Shown piece after piece: positions 36,316 to 48,500 of a stretch of 64,000 bases of DNA; position 1 is the stretch's first letter; each line of letters begins with the position of its first letter. The stretch is from an uncultured Acidobacteriota bacterium (lineage in GTDB: Bacteria > Acidobacteriota > Thermoanaerobaculia > Multivoradales > UBA5704). The translations under genes and the position numbers were made by a program. The stretch is from positions 4,288,001-4,352,000 of the forward strand of contig CAVYRF010000002.1 of the NCBI GenBank assembly GCA_963770895.1. The letters run 5' to 3'. The notes under the pieces are model-generated. The model made no database searches. It saw nothing but the letters and a program-made list of their open reading frames with translations, and was not told the DNA's origin.

Positions 36316-39300
36316 GACCGGAGAACCTGGAGTCGGTATACCGGCTGTCGCCGGTGCAGGCGGGCATCCTGTTTCACGTCCTGCACGATCCGCAAGGCGG
36401 GCTCTATGGCCGGCAGCTGGTGGTCGAGCTTGCCGGCACCCTGGATGTGGAGCGGCTGGCGCAGGCCTGGGCCGGCCTGCTCGAACGCCACGCGGTGCTG
36501 CGGACCTCGTTTCACTGGCAGGAGGTGGCGCACCCGGTGCAGGTCGTCGCCCGCCAGGTGGCGCTGCCCTGGGAAGAGCTGGACTGGCGACAGCTGACCG
36601 CCGCGGAGCGCCAGCAGGCGATGGCGGAGCTGCTGCGCGCCGACCTGGCGCGGGGCTTCGACCTGGAGCGCCCGCCGCTGCTGCGTCTGACGCTGGTGCG
36701 CACCGGCGAGGCCGCCTGGGAGCTGATCTGGACCTTCCATCACCTGATCCTCGACGGCTGGTCGCTGCTGCTGCTGCTGCGCGAGGTGTTCGCGAGCTAC
36801 GCGGCGCTCTGCCAGGGGACGCGGCCGGCGGTCGCCAAAACGGTCCCTTACAAGGATTTCGTCGCCTGGCAGGAGCGCCAGGACGGGGCTGCCGCGGAGC
36901 GCTTCTGGCGCCAGCTGCTGGCGGGGTTCGCGGCGCCGACGCCGCTGCCGGTCGTGGCGCCGCCCGCGGTTGCAGCGGCGTCCGGGCATCGCTCGTACGA
37001 AGAGCGCAGCGTCGAGCTCGCGGCGGAGACCACCGCCGCGCTGGCGCGGGCGGCGCGGCGGCATGGGCTGACCGTCAACACGCTCTTGCAGGGAGCCTGG
37101 GCGGTGCTGCTGTCGCGCTACAGCCAGGAAGCCGACGTGGTGTTCGGCACCACGGTGTCCGGTCGCTCGGCGCCGCTGGCGGGGATCGAAGCCATGGTCG
37201 GGCTGCTCATCAACACCCTGCCGCAGCGGGTGCGGGTCGAGGACGGCCGCGCGCTGCTGCCCTGGCTGCGGGACCTCCAGCAGGCGCAGAGCGAGCTGCT
37301 GCAGCACGAGCACCATTCGCTCGCCGCGGTGCAGGGGTGGAGCGAGCTGCCGCGCGGGCTGCCGCTGTTCGACAGCATCGTGGTGTTCCAGAACCTGCCG
37401 ATCGAAACGATCCTGGACCAGGGCTTCGTCGGCTCGCTGCCGCTGCGCCTCGCGGTGCGCCGCGGCGGCGAGCCGCTCAACTACCCGCTCACCCTGATCG
37501 CCTTTGAAGGCGACCGGCTGGATCTCCGCCTGAGCTTCGAGCGCGGGCGGGTGGAAGCCGCGGCGGCGGTGCGCATGCTGTGGCATTTGCGGTCGCTGCT
37601 CGCGGGGATGGCCGCGCTCGCCGCCAGCCCGCACGCGGTGCTGGCCGATCTCTCTCCCTGGAGCGCGGCGGAGCGGCAGCAGCTGCTGGCCGAATGGAAC
37701 AGCGGCCCCGCCGTGCCGGTGGCTTGCGGCAGCCTGGCGGCGCACTTTGCGGCGGTGGCGGCCGAGCGGCCGCAGGCGGTGGCGGTGGTGTGCGCCGAGG
37801 CGCACCTGTCCTACGGCGAGCTGGCGGCCCGCGGCCGGCGCCTGGCGCGCCACCTGCGCCGTTGCGGGGTGATGCCGGGCGAGGCGGTGGCGCTGCTGCT
37901 CGAACGGTCGCCGGAGATGGTGGCGGCGATCCTGGGCGTGCTGGCGGCCGGCGCTGCCTACGTGCCGCTCGATCCGGCCTATCCGGAGGAGCGGCTGTCG
38001 TTCATCCTGGCTGACAGCGGGGCGCGCGTGGTGGTGATGGACGACGCGCTCGCGTCGCGCCTGCCGCTGCCCGCGGGGGTGCGGCGGGTGGCGCCGTCCG
38101 GCGGCGCGGCGGAGCAAGACGGCCAGGAGATCGGCGACGCCGCGGCGGCCGTCGGACCGGACGACCTGGCGTACGTGATCTACACCTCCGGCTCGACCGG
38201 CCGGCCGAAGGGGGTGGGGGTGACGCATGGCAACGTCCTGCGCCTGCTCACCTCGACCGCCGACGATTTCGCCATCGGCGCGCGCGACGTCTGGACGCTC
38301 TTTCATTCCTACGCCTTCGATTTCTCGGTATGGGAGCTGTGGGGGGCGCTGGCCGCCGGCGGACGGCTGGTCCTGGTGCCCTGGGCGGTGAGCCGGACGC
38401 CCGAGACGTTCCGGCAGCTGTTGATCCGCGAAGGGGTGACGGTGCTCAACCAGACCCCCTCGGCGTTCGGCCAGCTCATCGCGGTGGACGAGGCGGCGGC
38501 CAGGACGGCCGGCGGCGAGGGCGACCTGTGCGGCCTGCGCCTGGTGATCTTCGGCGGCGAGGCCCTGGAGCCGCGCCTGCTGCGGCCCTGGATCGCCCGC
38601 CACGGCGACGAGTCGCCGTGCCTGGTCAACATGTACGGCATCACCGAGACGACGGTGCACGTGACCCTGCGCCGGGTCGGCATCCGCGACCTGGAGGCGG
38701 GCAGCCGCATTGGCCGGCCGATCGCCGACCTGGCGGTCTACCTGCTCGATCGCTGCCTGGAGCCGGTGCCGGTGACCGTCACGGGCGAGATCTTCGTCGG
38801 CGGGGCGGGAGTGGCGCGCGGCTATCCGGGACGCCCGGACCTGACGGCCGAGCGGTTCGTCCCCGACCCGTTCGGCGGCGCCGCGGGTGCGCGGCTCTAC
38901 CGCTCGGGCGACCTGGCGCGCCACCGTGCCGACGGCGACCTGGAATACCTGGGGCGGCTCGATCACCAGGTGAAGGTGCGGGGCTTCCGCATCGAGCTCG
39001 CGGAGATCGAGCTGGCCCTGGCGAGCTTCGCCGGGGTGGCGGACGCGGCGGTGGTGCTGCGCCGCGGCCTGGCGGGGGGCGACGGGCTGGTCGCCTACCT
39101 GGTGGCGGAGCCCGGCGCCGATCCGCGGGGTGCGGCGCTGCGCGATCATCTGAAGAGCCGGCTGCCCGACTACATGATCCCGGTGCAGGTGGTGCTCCTG
39201 GCGGCGCTGCCGCTCACCGCCAACGGCAAGCTGGACCGCAGATGGCTGGCGGAGCTGGCGCCGCTGGACGCTGGCGGGGCTGGGCACGCCGACCCGGCGT

Positions 39301-39530
39301 CAGGGCCGCGCCCGCGCACGCCGGTCGAGGAGCTGGTGGGCGACCTTTTCGCCCAGGTCCTGGCGGTGCAGGAGGTGGGCGCGGACGCCGACTTCTTCGC
39401 CCTGGGCGGCCATTCGCTGCTCGCCACGCAGCTGCTGTCGCGGATGCGGGACGCTTTCCGGGTCGAGCTGCCGATGCGGGCGATCTTCGAGCAGCCGACG
39501 GTGGCCGGCCTGGCGCGGGAGATCGCCAAG
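36312..39530 (+). other. Module 1: DCL-like C, A(Thr), T (approximate)
   Basis: YRLSPVQAGILFH, WTFHHLILDGWS; code DFWNIGMVHK (canonical Thr); GGHS near 39405. Confidence 0.88.
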
Positions 39531-42500
39531 GCGTCCAACCTGGGCGGCGCCGTGCCGCCGCCGCTGGTGCGCGGCGAGCGCGCGGCCGACGAACGACCTG
39601 CCGGAAGTGCCGCGACAGGCGAAAGCCGCGGCCCCCTGTCCTTCGCCCAGCAGCGGCTGTGGTTCGTCGACCAGCTGGAAGGCGGGTCGCTCTACAACGT
39701 GCAGGCCGCGCTGGCGGTGAGCGGCGAGCTGTCGGTCGCCTTGCTGTCGCGGGTGCTGGCGGAGGTGGTGCGCCGCCACGAGGTCCTGCGGACCGTGTTC
39801 CGCGCCGGCGGCGGCCAGCCGCGGCAGGTGATCCTGCCGCCGGCCGGCGTCGCGGTGCCCGTCGCCGACCTGACGGCCCTGGCCGCGGCGCGGCGGCAGC
39901 CGGCCGCGTCGAGTCTAGTGGCGGACCTGGCGCAGCGGCCGTTCGACCTGGCGCGCGGGCCGCTGCTGCGGGTGGGGCTGTTGCGCCTGGAGCAGACGGA
40001 GCACGTGCTGTTCCTGGCCCTCCACCACATCGTCAGCGACGGCTGGTCGCTCGGCGTGCTGGTGCGGGAGGTGACGGCCCTGTACACCGCCTTTGCCGCC
40101 GGTCAGCCGTCGCCGCTCGCACCGCTGCCGGTGCAGTACGCCGACTTCGCGTCCTGGCAGCGGCGCTGGCTCGCCAGCGCCACCGATGCGAGCGATGCCG
40201 GCGAAGCCCTCAGCGTGCTGGACCGGGAGCTGCGGTACTGGCGCTCCCACCTGGCCGGGGCGCCGGCGGTGCTGGATCTGCCCACCGACCGGCCGCGCCC
40301 GGCGCTGCGCAGCATCCACGGGGCGGTCCGCCCGCTGGCGCTCGGGCCGCGGCTGTCGGCGGACCTGGCGGCGCTGTCGCGGCGCGAGGGAGCGACGCTC
40401 TTCATGACCCTGGCGTCGGCGCTGAGCGTGCTGCTGTCGCGCTTCGCGGGGCAGAGCGACTTCACCCTGGGCACGGTGGTGGCCGGCCGTCACCACCTGG
40501 AGATCGAGGGGTTGATCGGGTTCTTCGTCAACACCCTGGTGCTGCGGCCGGAGTTGGCCGGCGAGCCGCGCTTTACCGAGCTCCTGACCCGCATGCGGCG
40601 GGAGGCGCTGGAAGCCTACGCCCACCAGGACCTGCCGTTTGAAAGGTTGGTGGAAGACCTGGCGCCGGAGCGCAGCCTGGCCCACACGCCGCTGTTCCAG
40701 GTGATGTTCGCCTGGCAGAACGCGGCGCTGGGCGAACTCGCGCTGCCGGGGCTGCGGCTGGCGCCCCGGGCGGTCGCGGACCAGACCGCCAAGTTCGATC
40801 TGACCCTGTCGCTCGCGGACAGCGGCTCGGCGATCGCCGGCGACATCTCCTACGCGCGGGACCTGTTCGACGCCGTGACGATCGAGCGGCTGGCGGCGGC
40901 CCTGCAGGTGCTGCTGGCGGCGGTGGTCGCGGAACCCGAGCTGCCGATCTCGCGGCTGCCGCTGTGGGATGCCGGGCAACGGCACCAGATGGTGGTCGAG
41001 TGGAACGCCACGGGCACGGACTGGCCGTCCGCCAGCACGCTGCCGGAGCTGTTCGCCCTGCAGGCGGCGGCCCATCCGCGGCGGCTCGCCTGGGAGCTCG
41101 GCGCTGAAGAGCTGTCGTACGCAGAGCTGGCCGTCCGCGCCGACGCGGTGGCGCGCTACCTCCGGCGGCAGGGGGTGGGGTCCGGGGACGTGGTGGGGGT
41201 CAGTCTGGAGCGTTCGGGAGCCGTGCTGGTGGCGATGCTGGGGATCGTCAAGGCCGGCGCCGCCTACCTGCCGCTCGACGCGGACTACCCGGCCGAGCGT
41301 CTGGCGTGGATGCTCGCCGACAGCGGCGCGCCGGTGGTGCTCACCCAGGAGAGCCTGGCGCCGCGCCTGCCGGCGGCGGGGCCGCGGGTGGTGCGGCTCG
41401 ACACGCAGTGGGAAGAGATCGCCGCCGCCCCTGCGGCCGGTGCAGCGGGTGTGGCCGGTGCAGCCGGCCAGGCGGGCGTCACGCCTGCGCCTGGCGCCGG
41501 GACCGCGGCGCCCGCGCCGCACCCGGAGGACCCGGCCTACGTGATGTACACGTCGGGTTCGACGGGGCGGCCCAAGGGCGTGGCGGTGCCGCACCGGGCC
41601 GTGGTCCGCCTGGTCCTGGCGACCGATTATGTCGACCTGCAGGCAGCCGGCCGCATCGCGCAGCTGTCCAACCTGGCGTTCGACGCGGCGACGTTCGAGA
41701 TCTGGGGCGCGCTGCTGGGCGGCGCGACGCTGGTGGGGGTGCCGCAGGAGGTGCTGCTGTCGCCGGCCGACCTGGCGGCCCACCTGGCGGCGGCGCGCGT
41801 CCGGGTGCTGTTCCTGACCACGGCGCTGTTCAACCAGGTGGCGCAGCAGGTGCCGGGCGCTTTCGCCGCCCTGGACACCGTGCTGTTCGGCGGCGAGGCG
41901 GGCGATCCGGAGGCGGTGCGCAAGGTCCTGGCCGGCGGCGCGCCGCGGCGCCTGGTGAACGCCTACGGGCCGACGGAAAACGCCACCTTCAGCACCTGGT
42001 ACCGGGTCGGAGCGTTGGCGGCGCAGGCGGTGACGGTGCCGATCGGGCGGCCGATCGCCAACAGCCGGGCGTACGTGCTGGACGCCGGGTTGCAGCCGGT
42101 GCCGCTGGGCGGCGTCGGCGACCTGTACCTGGCCGGCGCGGGGTTGGCGCTGGGCTATTGGCGGCAGCCGGAGCTGACGGCGGAGCGGTTCGTGGAGAGC
42201 CCGGCGCTGCCGGGTGAGCGGCTGTATCGGAGCGGCGACCGGGCTCGCCTGCTGGCGGAGGGCAACCTGGAGTTCCGCGGCCGTGACGACCAGCAGGTCA
42301 AGCTGCGCGGCTTCCGCATCGAGCTGGGCGAGATCGAGCTGGCGCTGACGGCGATCGCGGGGGTCGGCGAAGCGGCGGTGGTGCTGCGCGGCGACCTGGC
42401 GGGCGGCCGGGGCCTGGTCGCCTACGTGGTGCCGGCGGCTCCGGTCGGCGCGAGCAGCGCGGACGGTGTGGGCGCCGCGGGCTGGCCGGCCGAGCTGCGG

Positions 42501-45500
42501 CAGGCGCTGGCCGGCCAGCTGCCGGCGTACATGGTGCCGGCTCACGTGGTGCCCCTGGCGGCGCTGCCGCTGACCCCCAACGGCAAGGTGGACCGGCGTT
42601 TCCTCGCCGAGCGCGGGCCGCTGCCCGACGCCGCGGCCGGCGGCGCGCGGACCGCACCGCGCACGGTGACCGAGGAGCTGCTGGCCGGGATCTTCGCCGA
42701 CGTCCTGCAGCTGGGCGACCTGGGGGCGGAGGCCGACTTCTTCGCCCTGGGCGGGCATTCGCTGCTGGCCACGCAGCTGGTGTCGCGGGTGCGGGAGACG
42801 TTCGGGGTCGAGCTGCCGCTGCGGGCGGTGTTCGAGCGTTCGACGGTCGCCGACCTGGCGCGGGAGGTCGACACGGCGTCGAGCCCGCGCGGCAGCGCGC
42901 CGCCGCTGGTGCGCGCCGGCCGCCAGGGGGAGATTCCGCTGTCGTTCGCGCAGCAGCGGCTGTGGTTCATCGACCAGCTGGAGGGCGGGTCGCTCTACAA
43001 CGTGCCGATCGCGCTGCGCATGAGCGGCGACCTGTCGGTCGCGGTGCTGGCGCGGGTGTTGGGCGAGGTGGCGCGGCGCCACGAGGTGCTGCGGACGGTG
43101 TTCCAGTCGGTGGCAGGCCGGGCGCGCCAGGTGGTGCTGCCGGCGGCCGGGCTGGCGGTGCCGGTGGTCGACCTGACGGGCCTTGCCGCGGCGCAGCGCG
43201 AGCCGGCGGCGATGGGCCAGGCGACGGACGAAGCGCGGCGGGCGTTCGACCTGGCGCGCGGCCCGCTGGTGCGGGCGCGGCTCTGGCGGCTCGACCCGGC
43301 GGAGCACCTGCTGCTTTTGGCCATGCACCACATCGTCAGCGACGGCTGGTCGCTGGGCGTGCTGGTGCGCGAGGTCAAGGCCCTGTATGCGGCATTCGCG
43401 CTCGGCCTGCCGTCGCCGCTGCCCGAGCTGCCGGTGCAGTACGCCGACTTCGCGGTCTGGGAGCAGGAGCGGTTCGCCGGCGAGGCGCTGGCGGCGGACC
43501 TGACCTGGTGGCGCGAGCACCTGGCCGGCGCGCCGCCGCTGCTTGAGCTGCCCACCGACCGGCCGCGGCCGGCGATGCTGCAGCGCCAGGGCGGCAGCCT
43601 GCAACTGACCTATGACGTCGAGCTGGCCGCCGCGCTGACCCGGCTGGCGCACCAGCATGGGGCGACGCTCTTCATGGTGTTGCTGGCGGCGGTCCAGAGC
43701 CTGCTGGGCCGGCTCGCCGGCGCGCCCGAGGTCACGGTGGGCACGCCGATCGCGGGCCGCACGCGGCGCGAGACCGAGGACCTGATCGGCCTCTTCGTCA
43801 ACACGCTGGTGATGCGCGGCGACCTGGCGGACGATCCGTCGTTCGCCCGCCACCTGGCGCGCGTGCGGACCGAGGCGCTCGCCGCCTATGCCCACCAGGA
43901 GCTGCCGTTCGAGAAGCTGGTCGTCGAGCTGGCGCCGGAGCGCAGCTTGAACGCCACGCCGCTCTTCCAGGTGCTGCTGGCGCTGCGCAACGTGCCGATG
44001 GGAACGGTGGAGCTGCCGGGCGTGGCGCTGACGCCGGTCGACCTCGAGCCCAGCGTCACCCGCTTCGACCTGGAGCTGTCGTTCACCGATGCCGCCGCGC
44101 AGGGGTTGGCGGGACTGCCGGGAAGCATCGAGTACGACACCAGCCTCTTCGACCGCACGACGATCGCCCGCCTGGCGGGGCAGCTCGCGGCGCTGCTGCG
44201 CTCCGCCGCGGCGGCCGCGGAGCTGCGGCTGTCGGACCTGGCGCTGCTCACCGCGGCGGAGAGCCAGCAGCTGCTGGTGGAGTGGCGGCGGCACCCGCAG
44301 CCGTTGGCGTCGGCGCCGGTCGACGTCGCGACACGCCTGGCGGCCGCGGCGTCGCGCGCGCCGGACGCGGTGGCGCTGATTGCGGGAAGCCACTGGCTGA
44401 GCCACGGCGAGCTCGACCGGCGGGTGCGGCTGCTGGCGCAGCGGCTGCGCGGTCTGGGGGTGAAGCGGGAGACCCGCGTCGGCCTGCTGGTCGAACGGTC
44501 GCTCGACCTGGTGGTGGGCCTGGCGGCGATCTGGCGCGCCGGCGGCGCCGCGGTGCCGCTCGATCCCGGCCAGCCGCGCGCCCGCCTGGCGCTGATGGTC
44601 GAGGACGCCCTGGGACCGGCCGGTGCCCTGGTGGCGCAGCGCGGGCTGCTGGAGCTGGTGGCGGCGCTGCCGCTCGACCGCGTGCCGATCGCCTGGGTGG
44701 ACGCGGCGGCGGACCGGGCGACGGTCGGCGCACCGGCCGCACCGGCCGAGGCGGCAGAGCCGGTCGGCGCCGGCGACCTGGCGTACGTCATCTACACCTC
44801 GGGCACGACGGGGCGCCCCAAGGGGGTGATGGTCGAGCACGGCAGCCTGGCCCACACGCTGGCGGCGGTCGACGAGATGTTCGGCTTCGGCGCCGACGAC
44901 CGCATGCCGGTCCTGGCTTCGGCGTCGTTCGACATCTTCCTCTTCGAGCTGCTGGCGCCGCTCCTGGCCGGCGGCACGGCGGTGCTGTTCGACCTGCAGC
45001 CGACCCTCGACCTGGCGTTGGTGGCCGAGGAGCTGCGCACCTCGACGCTGCTGCACGCGGTGCCGGCGGTCATGCGGCAGCTGACGGCGGGCTTGCTGGC
45101 GCAGGGGGTGGAATGCCCGCGGCTGCGGCGGGTGTTCGTCGGCGGCGACGCGGTGGGCGCCGATCTGCTGGAGCTGATGCGGCGCGCCTTCCCGCAGTCG
45201 CGGCTGACGGTGCTCTACGGCCCGACCGAGGCCGCCATCCTGGCGTCGTGGGACGCCGGGGAGGCGCGGCCGGGGAGCGGGCTCGGCCGCCCGCTGCCGG
45301 GGGTGGCGGTGGCGGTGCTCGACGCCCTGGGCGCGCCGGTGCCGATCGGGGTGGCCGGCGAGCTGTGGCTGGGCGGACCTGGCGTGGCGCGGGGCTACCT
45401 GGGCCGGCCGGAGCTGACCGCGGAGCGCTTCGTGCCGGACCGGGAGGGCGGCGGGCGGCGCCTGTACCGCACCGGCGACCGGGTGCGCTTTACCGCCGCC

Positions 45501-48500
45501 GGCCGCCTGGAGTTTTTGGGCCGGGTGGACCAGCAGGTGAAGGTCCGCGGCTTCCGCATCGAGCTGGGCGAGGTCGAGGCGGCGCTGCTCGCCCATCCGG
45601 CGGTGCGCGAGGCGGCGGTCGTGGCGCGCCGCCAGGGCGGCGACGAACGGCTGGTGGCGTTCGTCGTCGGGGAGAGCCCGCCGCCGGCCGCGGAGCTGCG
45701 CCGGTTCCTGGACGCGCGCCTGCTGGCGGCGATGGTGCCGAGCCACTTCGTCCAGCTGGCGGCGCTGCCGCTGTCGCCGCACGGCAAGGTGGACCGGCGC
45801 GCGCTGGGGGCGCTGGCGACCCAGGCCGCTGCTGGAGCGGCGGGGGCGGCGGGGGATCCAGGGTCGTTCGGCGCGCCGCGGACGCCGCTCGAAGAGCTGG
45901 TGGCCGGCCTGTTCGCCGAGGTGCTGCACCTCGAGCGCGTCGGGCCGGAGGGCGACTTCTTCGAGCTGGGAGGTCATTCCCTGCTGGCGACACAGCTCGC
46001 CTCGCGCCTGCGGCAGGTGGCGGGCGCCGAGCTGCCGCTGCGCGCCATCTTCGAGCAGCCGACGGTGGCCGGCCTGGCGCGCCTGGTGGAGGAGGCGTCG
46101 CGGTCCGCCGCCGGCCCCGCCCGGCCGCCGATCCAGGCCGCGGCGCGGGAAGAGCCGCTGCCGCTGTCGTTCGCGCAGCAGCGGCTGTGGTTCATCGACC
46201 AGATGGAGGGCAGCTCCACCTACAACATGCCGATCGCGCTGCGGATGAGCGGCGCGCTGTCGGTCGCGGTGCTGCGGCGGGTGCTGGCCGAGGTGGTGCA
46301 GCGGCACGAGGTGCTGCGCACGGTGTTCTCCTCGGTCGAGGGGCATCCGCGCCAGGTGATCCTGCCGCCGGCCGGCGCGACGGCGGCAAGGGTCGGCCTG
46401 GTGGACCTGACTGCCCTGCCTGCCGTGCTGCGGCAGCCGGCGGCGACCGCCAGCATCGCGGCGGAAGCACGCCGGCCGTTCGACCTGGCGCGCGGCCCGC
46501 TGCTGCGCGGAGCGCTGTGGCGGCTCGACGCGACGGAGCACCTGCTGCTGCTGTCGCTGCATCACATCGTCGGCGACGGCTGGTCGCTCGGCGTGCTGGT
46601 GCGCGAGGTGACGGCGCTCTACACGGCGTTTGCCGCCGGGCACCCCTCGCCGCTCGCCCCCCTGCCGGTGCAGTACGCGGACTTCGCGGCCTGGCAGCGC
46701 GAGTGGCTGGCCGGCGACGTGCTGGCGGCGGAGCTGGAGCACTGGCGCGCCCGCCTGGCCGGGGCGCCGCCTCTGTTCGAGCTGCCCACCGACCGGCCGC
46801 GCCCGGCGGTGCAGAGCTTCCGCGGCGCCGTGCGCCCGGTGTCGCTGCCGCCGGCGCTGGGCGCGGCCTTGACCGCCCTCTCCCGGCGGCAGGGCGCCAC
46901 CCTTTTCATGACGCTGGCGTCGGCCTGGAGCGTGCTGCTGTCGCGCTACGCGGGGCAGAGCGACTTCACTCTGGGCACGGTGGTGGCCGGCCGCCACCGC
47001 CTGGAGATCGAGGGGCTGATCGGGTTCTTCGTCAACACCCTGGTGCTGCGCCCCGACCTGGCGGCCGAGCCGCGCTTTACCGACCTGCTGTCGCGGCTGC
47101 GCCACGAGACGCTGGACGCCTACGCGCACCAGGACCTGCCGTTCGAAAAGCTGGTGGAGGAGCTGGCGCCGGCGCGCAGCCTGGCCCATTCGCCGCTGTT
47201 CCAGGTGATGTTCGCCTGGCAGAACGCGGCGGTGGGGGAGCTGGCGCTGCCGGGGCTGCGGCTGGTGCCGCTGGAGCTGGCGGACGAGACCGCCAAGTTC
47301 GACCTCAACCTGGCGCTGCACGAAGCCGCGGGCGGCATCGCCGGCGACCTCTCCTACGTGCGCGACCTTTTCGACGCCCCGACGATCGCGCGGCTGGCGG
47401 CGGCCTTCCAGGTCCTGCTGGCGGCGGTGGCGGCGGATCCCGACCTGCCGATCGCGCGGCTGCCGCTGCTGGGGCCGAGCGAACGGCACCAGCTGGCGGT
47501 CGAGTGGAACGCCACCGGCACCAGCTGGCCGGCGGGCAGCACGCTGCCGCAGGTCTTCGCCTTGCAGGCGGCGGCGCATCCCCGGCGGCTCGCCTGGGAC
47601 TACGCCGGCGAACAGCTGCGCTACGAGGAGCTGGCCAGCCGCTCGGACGCGATGGCTGGCTTCCTGCGCCGGCACGGGGTGGCGGCGGGCGACCTGGTGG
47701 GGCTGTGCGTGGAGCGCTCGGGCGTCCTGCTGGTGGCGATGCTGGGGATCCTCAAGGCCGGCGCCGCCTACCTGCCGCTCGATGCCGACAACCCGCGCGA
47801 GCGGCTGGCGTGGATGCTCGAAGACAGCGGCACGCCGCTGCTGCTCACCCAGGAGAGCCTGGCGTCCCGGCTGCCGCCGTCCGCGGCGCGGGTGGTGCGG
47901 CTCGACTCGCAATGGGAAGAGGTCGTCGCCGCGGCGAGCCCGGCGGGCACGCTGCCCGCCGGCAGCCCGGCGGACGCGGCCATGGTGATCTATACCTCGG
48001 GCTCGACGGGGCGGCCCAAGGGTGTGGTGGTGCCGCACCGCGGTGTGGTCCGCCTGGTGGTGGCCAACGACTACGTCGATTTCGCCGGCCTGGATGCCGC
48101 GGCGGAACCGGGGCGGCGGGACGAGCCGGACGATGCCGGCAGGGTCAACCGGGTCTCGCAGACGTCCAACCTGTCGTTCGACGCGGCGACGTTCGAGATC
48201 TGGGGCGCCCTGCTCTCCGGCTCGACCCTGGTCGGGGTGCCCCATGAGGTCCTGCTGTCGCCGGCCGACCTGGCGGCGTACCTGACGACGGCGCGCATCC
48301 GCGTCCTGTTCCTGACCACGGCGCTGTTCCACCAGGCGGCGCACCAGGCGCCGGGGATGTTCGGCGCGATCGACACCCTGATGGCCGGCGGCGAGGCGAT
48401 GGATCCGGCGGCGGCGCAGAAGGTCCTGGCCAGCGCCACCCCGCCGCGGCGCCTGCTGAACCTCTACGGGCCGACCGAGAACTCCGTCTGCAGCACCTGG

